Shown here: positions 31,466 to 40,810 of the stretch, piece by piece
Position numbering within the stretch: position 1 is the first letter of the stretch
How the letters are laid out: every line of letters starts with the position of its first letter
Source: Octopus sinensis
Taxonomy: Eukaryota
Direction: 5' to 3'
NCBI RefSeq assembly: GCF_006345805.1
Contig: NC_043000.1
Location: 98,952,001-99,016,000, forward strand
DNA length: 64,000 bases
Made by a program: the position numbers and the translations under genes
The notes under the pieces: generated by a model
Databases searched by the model: none
The model's input: the letters and a program-made list of their open reading frames with translations, nothing else
What the model was told of the DNA's origin: nothing

Positions 31466-31490
31466 GGCTGTGTAGTAAGTAGCTTGCCGC
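29928..31490. repeat. Inverted plus tandem duplication block: A > SINE > A-inverted > SINE > A-inverted > SINE head
   Basis: SINE heads at 30196, 30832 and 31466; inverted A copies 634 bp apart (30401 vs 31035); forward A at about 29928-30141. Confidence 0.92.
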
Positions 31491-31984
31491 ACTCCATCTA
31501 TGCTAATACAGTCATTTTTTTTAACTGGCAAACATTACCCCACTTTTCAGCCTATTGAAGAACCATGGGGTTATTCCGAATTTTAAGGCGCACATTATTT
31601 GCAAGATATATTTGAAATTCTAATTGTTAAGGAACGCCGTCCTTTCAGGAAAAAGAAAAAAACTGAAAACGTTTTAAGTTTTTGAGATGCAATCAGCACA
31701 ATAAATTTAATCGATGCATTGACCTCAGTTCTTGGATGATACTATATTTCATGTACCCCGGAGAGATAAAGACTGAACTTGACCGCAGAGATATTTAAAT
31801 TCAGGTCAAATCCAGCCAAAATAATAATCAGAAAGCATTTTAACCGCCACTCCAATGATTCTGCTAATCGACCATCCTGTGGGTTACATATGATACGATA
31901 TAGTAAATGAATGTCGAATTCAGTAATACAACTCAATACGATTTGAAGCAATTATGCCACTGTAATTCATATCGTAATATTACT

Positions 31985-32634
31985 TTCAAATTTGGCACAA
32001 AATCAGCATGTTCGGAAGAAAGAAAGAGAGTAAGTAGATTACATCGACCCCACCAATCAACAAGTAGTACTTATTTTATCAGCTCAGAACGTAAACACAA
32101 ACGAAATACCTCTAAGCATTTTAACCAGTGTGCTAACGTTTCTGCCAGGTCACCGCCTCAATTCATATCGTAATTTTAAGACATTTTAAAGTGGCGAGCT
32201 GGCAGAGTCGTTTGGGCTCCGGACCAAATGCTTAGCAGCATTTCTTCCGACTTAACTTTCTATGTTTAAGTTTCACCGAGGTCGATTTGCCTTTCATCGC
32301 TTCGAAGTCGATAAAATAAGTACCTGTTGAACACAGGGATCGGTGGTAATCGACTTACCCACTGTCCCGAAAATAATGGCCCTGTGCAAAAATTTGAAAC
32401 CAACATTTAAGTTCTTCAAGGCGGCGAGTTGGCAGGATCCTTAGCATGCCAAGAAAAATGTTTAGCGGCATTTAGTCCGTCTTTACGTTCTGAGCTACAA
32501 TTTTTTTGATGTCGACTTTGCCTTTCATTATTACAGAGTCGATAAATAAGCACCAGTTGTTGATTGGGGTCGATATATCTACTTATCCCCTCTCCTAAAA
32601 TTGCTGTTCTTGTGCCTAATTTCAAAACAATATT
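31985..32634. mobile_element. Cluster of three adjacent SINEs: 31985-32158 (-), 32189-32408 (+), 32418-32634 (+)
   Basis: Each carries the GGCGAGYTGGCAG head and the TGTGCCAAAATTTGAAA-type tail. Confidence 0.8.
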
Positions 32635-33427
32635 AATATTCATTTGGGGCGACCATAAATAATGCAACAAAAATAATCTCATTAATTGTGTCCTCTAGTG
32701 ATCACTTTTATTTCTTTTTAAAAATCTTTACGGAATTCCATAATTACATTCATTTGAATAAATGTGCAATCGTTTCTGCAAAGACATTAATTGTATAATT
32801 AAGAATTCAGACTAATTAGTGGTTTGTAAATTCTTGCTTAATTATACTTTCTTTCACCATTTAAGTCATTTGTCTTTCGCTTCCTAGCATATTTGATATC
32901 ATACTATCTCTAAACTCGCACACACCACAAACTTATATATACGACATAAGCATCACCACATTGTGTGTGTGTGCTCACGTACGTGTTTGCGTGTGTGTGT
33001 GCACGTGTGTGTGTGTGTGTAAATGGATAGAGAGAAGTAGTATGTCTTAGTGATGCTATTTAATTCTATACAAAAATTTCTGCTTTGCTTTCTGACTTAA
33101 GATATGTTTCAATAACAGTATATACAAAGAAAAATCAGGAAGTAATCTGGCTTAAAAGTCACTTTATTTGACTTGTATCGATCATTTCCAATCATCTCTC
33201 AGCACACTTGTGCATACATGCATATATACCTACATATATACATACATATGTACGTACATACATTCATATATACGCACGTACATACATACATACGTATATT
33301 TATACAAACATACATACTTATATGCATATATAATATGCAGTATTAGATGAAAATACCTATCTGTCTTATGATCGTGACAAATTTACATCTAGAGATAATA
33401 CGCCATATAAAGACGGTGAATTTAAAA

Positions 33428-33467
<40 letters not shown>

Positions 33468-33469
<2 letters not shown>

Positions 33470-33680
33470 CGGAGAGAGAAAAATATATGTAGGGATAAAA
33501 GTTTCAACAATATATATATTGTTGAACCGTTTGTCCCTACATATATTTTTTCTCTCTCCGTTTTTTCCTCCTCTCACCTTTTTTTCCGTCTCAGTCCCTT
33601 CTGTCGAAGAGCGTAGGCTGGAACCGTCAAATCCTTAAACTAATACACCTACTTGCTATTCCTTTGTGTTATGTCAACAG
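33468..33680 (+). mobile_element. Penelope-type terminal fragment with 95-bp palindrome and degenerate hammerhead-like motif
   Basis: Palindrome 33468-33562 centred at 33514/33515; CTGTCGA-A-GAGC-gtag-GCTG-GAAC-CGTC at 33601-33628. Confidence 0.55.
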
Positions 33681-34199
33681 CGTGTATCCACATGCATACA
33701 TGCATACATACATACATACATACATACATACTACATACATACATACATACTACATACATACATACATGATAACTGCTTGATCTTCAGAGACGATAGCCGT
33801 CCCATCAACACACACAGTACAATCCCTCCGTTGGTGAGCCGTTAGATGACTTTTGGAACCAGCTGCCGACTGACGGGGTTTAAAAGACAAGTGACAGATA
33901 TTATTCAAGCTTCTTCTATATCTTTACCCTTTCGAATTTGATTCTGAAGGAATATTTTGTGAACTAGCATATGTCTTATAATTTTTTTGACAAATGGCAG
34001 AAGTCGTAAGAGGAGGTTGGCGTCCAAGATCATTACCTATCTGGGCATTACTATTTTCATGTGACTTCATAAGGTTCACGTATCCTGCTTTTGATAGCAG
34101 AACACGGTCACATATAATACATATCCAATGTTCACTGTTGATTACAGTTCCAATTGTACCTTAGCGAGAGGCCCTTTTAAATTCAGAGAGCTGAATCAT

Positions 34200-34510
34200 C
34201 CTTTCCTCCTTGGCATTACAACCAGTCCTAACGGCTCCTCTCCACTTGTTCCGTTCTAGGGCATCATTTTCGCAGTCACTTTTCTTGATATCTAGTTTCT
34301 TCAGGTTTTCCTTCACACAGTCTTTATACCTTTTCCATGGCTTATGTCGTGATCGCTTACCAGAGTTGAGCTCACCATAAAAAGACGGTTTGGCAAACGC
34401 TCGGTTTTCATTCTAATAACATGTCCAGTCCATCTCATTTGAGCCAAGATGACGTGTTGTTCAATTGAGCTGCAACGTGCCATGCGCGAAACCTCTGTAT
34501 CTGGTATGAA
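34200..34510 (-). mobile_element. RTE-clade LINE 3' fragment
   Basis: EVSRMARCSSIEQHVILAQMRWTGHVIRMKTERLP, followed by a frameshifted KENLKKLDI segment typical of the RTE ORF C-terminus. Confidence 0.8.
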
Positions 34511-34764
34511 ACATTCCCACCCAAAAGCTACGGTCAAGCCTAAGAAATAGTGGTCGAGACAATGATGATGATGAAGAAATAGTGGAAAGTTGAAACGCAA
34601 GGCACTGTGCAATGTAATTAAATCAGACCCCTTGCTACTGTGAAATGAACATTCTAATTACATCCATCATCGATGCTCCATCTGTATTATCTATCAAGCA
34701 GTCACCAGTTTCCTCATTTAAAGAATAATGATTTCTAACGAAAGAAACACTCCTCATTTTTTAG

Positions 34765-34820
34765 GCGGACTGGTATATGACTCCCATCAGTCTTGAATCA
34801 GGCCCCAAGCAATAATTCAA
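34765..34820 (+). pseudogene. Decayed duplicate of the exon at 35778-35874 (pseudo-exon)
   Basis: 39 nt identical (34797-34835 vs 35851-35889) spanning the exon 3' end and GTCAGT donor; similarity continues about 60 nt into the intron; CCTCATTTTTTAG acceptor at 34764; stops in all three frames. Confidence 0.6.
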
Positions 34821-34899
34821 GTCAGTAAATATTTAGATTTGATGTTTGGATTAGATTGTATTGCATATTCAGAAATTAAGAATCCTCTTATTATTAGAA

Positions 34900-35185
34900 A
34901 GTTCCCCTCCGAGGCATAATTTCGAGCAAGGTTGCTTGTGGAAGGCCAGCTGTCGCTCATGCATACGAATTTCCACTCTCTTTGCCATCGTTTTTAACCA
35001 AGGGAAAGGCAAAGGCCGACACAGCTTGGCACCAGTGACGTCGCAACTCAATTCTACAGCTGAGTAAAATGGAGCAACGTAAAATAAAGTCTCAAGAACA
35101 CAACACACAGCCCGGTTAGGGAATCGATTTCACCACCTCACGGATGTGAACTCGACGCTCCAACTAGTGAGCTAGGCGGACAGAA
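34900..35185 (-). mobile_element. tRNA-derived CORE-like SINE
   Basis: Minus strand: tRNA-like head with B-box-like AATCGATTCCC, then GTGTTGTGTTCTTGAG...CACTCAGCTGTAGAA-like central domain. Confidence 0.65.
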
Positions 35186-35777
35186 ATCTCAGCGGCATTA
35201 CTTGACTTTTATTTTATCGAAAGCGGAAACATGAGAGGTAAAGTCAAAACTTGAGTCTGGAACTCATAACAAATGCAAAGCATTTTCCGGACATTTGGCA
35301 ATCCACTCTCCTTCATGATAGAAGATTAATGTCGTTTATGCAATTTCAATTTTCCAGTTTGTATTTCTTTATAAATACCAGCTTCTAACCAATTTTAAAA
35401 TATTAAATTTAAAAAAAACATAATCATATCATCACAACATCTTTTATCTTGTATCAACTATTTAAAGAAATTGTGTTTCACAATTTTAACGCAACATTCG
35501 TAAAAACTAAAAAGGCATGAAAACGAACGTAGTCTCGTGTTTTGGATGAGTAGATGAATATATGCTTTAATATATATTCTTGCTTATGTATTGTCACGCT
35601 GCTTTACTTCACCAATCATTTGTAAGATCGGCACGTCAGCTTCTAATAAGAATACTGATTTCATATGATTACTTCATATATTATATCATATTGTGTTATA
35701 TTATATATAAAAAGTCGAATTAATTATTTCTCGTATACCACATGATTTTGAACATTGTGTTTTTTTCATCATTCCAG

Positions 35778-35874
35778 GGCGACGAAATGACTACATCTCA
35801 CCAGAGGTTTTTACTGGAAAAAGCTAAACGGGAATGTTACAAACGAATGGATCAGGCCCCAAGCAATAATTCAA
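35778..35874 (+). CDS. Internal coding exon of a class B1 (secretin-family) GPCR, PTH-receptor/calcitonin-receptor-like N-terminal helix
   Basis: TTTTTTCATCATTCCAG acceptor and AA|GTCAGT donor; reads GDEMTTSHQRFLLEKAKRECYKRMDQAPSNNS. An ungapped comparison with my recollection of human PTH1R ([24 protein letters not shown]) gives 11/24 identities including the first ECD cysteine; the A..ECY.RM.Q.P pattern also fits CALCR/CALCRL. Phase 0 start and phase 1 end. Confidence 0.72.
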
Positions 35875-36179
35875 GTCAGTAAATATTTAAATTTAATGTT
35901 TTGGATTACATTGCATTGCGTATTCAGAAATTAAAAAAAATCTCTTATCATTAAAAATATGTCTCATAGTGATATTTCCGAATGTAATTTTGGTATTACT
36001 AAAATTTCCACATGCGGTTTATGGTTTTCTGTTAGTAGTCTTCCGTTCTTCCGTTTATGTTTACATACCAAGTTCCTCGTACAATCCTCTAAGTTCTACT
36101 TTAGGTGATACAACTAATTTACAATGGTTTTTGAAAATTGATTGCATTTCCTGTATTGTCCATTAGGCGACGACCTTAC

Positions 36180-36289
36180 ATGTACGTACGTATGTATGTA
36201 TGTATGTATGTATGTATGTATGTATGTATGTATGTAGGTATGTATGTATGTATGTATGTATGTATGTACGTATGTATGTATGTATGTAT

Positions 36290-36368
<79 letters not shown>

Positions 36369-36410
36369 TGTGTGTGTGTATGTGTGTGTGTGTGTGTATG
36401 TGTGTGAGTG
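36180..36410. repeat. (TATG)n/(TACA)n/(TG)n compound microsatellite
   Basis: Direct reading. Confidence 0.95.
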
Positions 36411-36413
36411 AAA

Positions 36414-36504
36414 GAAGGTTTGAAAAGGCAATTTTAAAAGGTGTTTATTCACTTGACCGGTCAAGTGAATAAAACACCTTTTAAAATTGCATTTTCATAC
36501 CTTC
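36414..36504. repeat. 91-bp spacerless near-perfect palindrome
   Basis: Centred on ACC|GGT at 36458/36459; two mismatches and one indel between arms. Confidence 0.95.
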
Positions 36505-36542
36505 ATCGGTCTAGAGTAGCAGACGCCCGTCAGATGTTGATA

Positions 36543-38043
36543 AAATCTTTATTATAGGCACGAAGGCCCGAATTAAGAGGGGACATTACAACAGACATGG
36601 GTTACATATAACAACAAAAAAAATCGAAAAATATGAAATGAAAATGAATTATTTATAATGAATTAAATGGAATGGCTTACGAGCCCCCCAAAACTCGCAG
36701 TTTCATTTAAAATACAGTTCTGCTATACTGGTCGTTCATCTGTCATGTATTCTATTAACCTCTCCTGATCCACAATAGCTGGTAAAGTGTCATAACGTAC
36801 ATATAACAATTCACATATACTATAACTATATCTCAATTTCTCCACTGTCTCTTTCTCCACGATTACCGCCTTCCACTGGTCATCATATATTTCTGGATTC
36901 AACTTTACTCTAATTAAACCTTTCCTACCTGCCAACATCTTTTCCGTATTTTTGTCCTTGTCGTATAACATTACCACTTTATGTTTCTTTCCCTTGGGTC
37001 TTCCTCCTCTCTTACAAACTTTCAACTGCTCTTCCATTCTTCTGTTCCATTCTTCCTCTGCTGTTAATTTTGCCGGTTCACTTGCTTTTGCTTCTGCATC
37101 ACTCCCTTCGCACGTTCGGTCTTCCATTTCGTCTGTTGTCTTCTTTTTGGTTTTTTTTTTCTTTTTTTGAACTTTAGGTGGTGATTCCACCCTCGTTCTC
37201 TTTCTATCTTCTGTTCTTTCCCTTTCTTTCTCCAACTCTTCACCACTTTCCACATTATCTGTAGTGACGATTTCCTCTTCTACATCCGCCATTTGCCACT
37301 CTTTCGTCAACGTCTCCAGTGCTATCACTCTCTCCTCTCTTAGCGGACACATATCCTTCATGTGGCCTCTGATTTTGCATTTGTAACACACTGGGGGTCT
37401 CCCCTCCACCACGACTCTAAGACGTGTCTCGTCGGGGAACACCAACTCCTCCGGGATGTTGTACAGGTCTGGCATGGTTACGTGAACCAGAGCCTGCACC
37501 GCATAACCCCACCACTTTACTTCGTTTGATTTTTCCACTTTCACTATATCCACGCCTTCCTTGCAGTTGAATACCACTGCCGCTAAAATTCTTTCCATGT
37601 TCAGCTCCGGCGAAATCCTACTGATTCGTATTCTTACTGCCCTTTTTCCACAATAGCTGGGTAATAACGCCCATTTTTCTATTTTCAAAATTTTCGTGGC
37701 ACTCTTCTTCGCTTCGTCTTCGTTTTTAAAATGGACGACCACTATTGCGTATTTCCTACCTCTGTTGTAGAAGGTAGGTTCTCCTTCAACTCCATCCAGA
37801 CAGTACTCAATTTCCGCCGTCTCTGCCACTTCTATTTTCTTCGAAGCCACGTTCCACGTTCTGTATATTACAATACGTTTCTCTGCGTCTTTCGCTTCTT
37901 CTTCAGGTGGTGTGACTCTCACACAGTCACCTTCCCTCTTCAAGTTGTCGAGATATTTCTTCAAATTTTCTTTCTCAATTACCACTTCTTCCAGCTGCAA
38001 TAACGTAATCAAAAATATCCGACACCAAATTCAAAAAAAGCCG
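36543..38043 (-). mobile_element. ORF1-only non-autonomous non-LTR retroelement (HAL1-like), bounded by a 14-bp TSD
   Basis: GTCAGATGTTGATA (36529-36542) vs GTCAGCTGTTGATA (38044-38057), 13/14 identical; AATAAA at 36553-36548 just inside the 3' end; no ORF2 between the stop at 36723 and the 3' end. Confidence 0.75.
36723..38012 (-). CDS. L1/Tx1-type ORF1 (gag-like) protein: putative RRM region, CCHC zinc knuckle, Lys/Glu-rich linker, C-terminal domain
   Basis: 429 uninterrupted codons; CYKCKIRGHMKDMC (CX2CX4HX4C) at 37388-37347 preceded by RLRVVVEGRPPV, typical of Tx1/L1 ORF1. Codon 1 is TTG; the first ATG is codon 139. Confidence 0.8.
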   Translation of the reverse strand: MITLLQLEEVVIEKENLKKYLDNLKREGDCVRVTPPEEEAKDAEKRIVIYRTWNVASKKIEVAETAEIEYCLDGVEGEPTFYNRGRKYAIVVVHFKNEDEAKKSATKILKIEKWALLPSYCGKRAVRIRISRISPELNMERILAAVVFNCKEGVDIVKVEKSNEVKWWGYAVQALVHVTMPDLYNIPEELVFPDETRLRVVVEGRPPVCYKCKIRGHMKDMCPLREERVIALETLTKEWQMADVEEEIVTTDNVESGEELEKERERTEDRKRTRVESPPKVQKKKKKTKKKTTDEMEDRTCEGSDAEAKASEPAKLTAEEEWNRRMEEQLKVCKRGGRPKGKKHKVVMLYDKDKNTEKMLAGRKGLIRVKLNPEIYDDQWKAVIVEKETVEKLRYSYSICELLYVRYDTLPAIVDQERLIEYMTDERPV

Positions 38044-39685
38044 GTCAGCTGTTGATATCTGCCTCGACTCGCAAATGTATATATCTAATTTCAGTGAAGT
38101 TTATTCACTGATTACCAAAATCAAAAATATTAAATTTCTAAATCTCTCATAGAGATATGTACGGTGGTGGGGCGATAGAATGGTTGTATACTGTCAATCT
38201 AATATGAACGTGACAGTATCTAAGGATTTTAGTATTTTCTAGACATTCTTCGCATCTTCTAGACAATTTATTTATTTTTATAGATTATTTGCTTATTTTG
38301 CGCTTCCTTTGGTTTTATCTTTGGGATTTTCCCCTCTCATCACGGATTTCAAGATTTTTTCTTTCATTTATTAGTTTATTCAAAATTACCCTATTTATTT
38401 TCCAGCTGCTCGCCTAGGAAATATTTTCTCAATCCCATGTGCGTTTTGTTATGCACTTTCACACTCCATCCAACTTACTGTTCAGACCTTTCTATCACAG
38501 AATTCTCTTCGGTCACACTTCCTCACATTTACGCGTTAACACTAACAGCTAATAATTATAGACACACCAGCAACCTCACTCCCACTAACAAACTCCACTA
38601 TGCTTCCACACATGCTATTCAATTCGGTATCTTTCGGTCTTCCTTCTCACCATTCGGTATTGTCCAAAGTTTCAGTACAGATGAAGTTTTGGATAAAAAA
38701 CAGAATTCATTAGAAAATTAGAAAAAACATTAGGAAACTACACAAATATGCAAAAAAAAAGGAGTGAAGTAAATAAAAATATATAGCATTTCAGTATGAA
38801 AGAAAAACATTTAAGCAAAAGTTTCTAAATGAAAGAAAGAAAGCATGTGAGAAATGAAATTTGTTATGCATTGAAACATTTGGTGTTAGAGGTCACAACT
38901 TTCGTATCTACGCCATAACGCTTTCTCTAAATCCTGTATTCTACCACTAACCCCTAGCCCTAACCTTAAACAGTAAACCTAAACTCTAAACCTTACAGTT
39001 TGTACTTATTGAAACATCTGCATATGGAAATGCCAAAAGAGTCGTCCGATTTATCGACAACAGAGTATACCGATTGACTAAAATTTCAAATGTTAAATGC
39101 TTGTGAGCTTTATATTAATAGTTTCAGTCAAAAATTAATGCGATTATCTTTATTAGCGTGCACAACTGCATCAATGTTCACAATTTAATCGATTGTGCAA
39201 ATGAAACCTGAGAGTCTCACATACAAGCACCACACTATCACACACACACACACACACACATGCGCACACACACCACAGTCAACACACCCTCATATTATGA
39301 CCATTTTTAGACACAAATACACTTTGATACATACATCTGCAATTTCGCTTCTTCTCCTCTTAAACCCATCCCATAGAACAATAGTCACACCTATTGTGTC
39401 CGCATTTTTGTTTATATACTGACTATTTCTCTTTGACACCCCCGCTATACGCCTCTATATTCTGCTCATGAAGGATTAATGGGAATATTGGGAATATCTC
39501 TTTCTTCACTGAAGCATTAAACTAGTACCATTGGCACGAAGATTTGTACTTCGTACTTTGTCCTTTCTACATGTTTATTGTCTTTATACAATATATATAA
39601 AATACACACACACATATCTATCTGTCTATCTATCTATCTGTCAATCTATCTATCTATCAAATACACGCACATATATATCTGTATG

Positions 39686-39725
<40 letters not shown>

Positions 39726-40650
39726 CATACAGTTATATATATATATATATATATATACATATACATACAGTTATACGTTCTTGTCCATGTTGTATTTTTC
39801 TACATACCTTAACATATATTCCAGGCGCCCCGTACCCCCCTTATCATTAATGTGAACACATATTCTTAATAATTGGTACGACTCTCTGTTTGTCTCTCTC
39901 TCTCTCTCATTTTTACTTGATCTGTCCCCCTCTCTCTCCTTTTTCTCTCTATTCATCTTCTCTTTCCTCTGATCCTTTGGTCTAGTCTTCCACTACCCTC
40001 CTATTTCTTTGTCTCGCTCGCACTCACAGGTCATTCTTCGACACCCATCCCTTCTCCTCTCTGATTCCTTCTTTCTCTCTCTTCTCTCTCTTTGTTGCGT
40101 TTTGTCCCCCTTTTCTCTCTCTCTTCCTTTGCTTCTCTTTCTTTTCTTTTCCCTCTTCTCTGTCACGTGACTGTTGCCGAAATCTGCCTTTCAGCTCCTG
40201 ACCCTCGTCGTGTTAACATCGTTGTTTTTCGTCCGCCGCTATAAAGGCTTTTTCCAATGCGCCAGAGAAAAAATTTGTTTGCTTGTTATCAGTCGTAAGA
40301 CGCTTGTTGTTTTCACCGTTAATGCTTCTGTATTTCATGTTTCTGTATTCCATTATGTTTTTTTTTTTTTTTTTTTATATCTGTCCCTTTTGCTGTCCTG
40401 GTGTGTTCGTATGCATTCGGTCCTTCTTCCAGGAAATCTACGCTTCCAGCTTACTTTTTCTAATGCTCGTTGCTTAGTTTTTCTTGGAGGGCTGGCCGTG
40501 ATCTAGTAATCTCAAGATTAATCAGCCGAAATTACTACGATGATCCGGTTCTTGACTGAAGACTGAGGGGTTCGAATGTCCTGTCCATGTTTATTGTATC
40601 GTCTTCTAAGAGTTATACGTTCTTGTCCATGTTGTATTTTTCTACATACC

Positions 40651-40685
<35 letters not shown>

Positions 40686-40810
40686 TAAGAAGAGGGAGGA
40701 AGAGAATTTCGATTGTCCCACGTGGTGAGTTGTAATGCAAAAACATATATGTATGATAAAAGCAGGAAAATTCACACAGTTTACGTAGTTTTAATATATT
40801 TTAAATGAAA

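Noticed and set aside
38945-39000. Degenerate CCCTAA-like run
   Set aside because: Only about two units match the telomeric hexamer; too decayed to call an interstitial telomere.
40557-40581. CTGAAGA...CGAATGTC hammerhead-like string
   Set aside because: Stem II does not pair and GAAA is incomplete; kept only as context for the 44-bp repeat.
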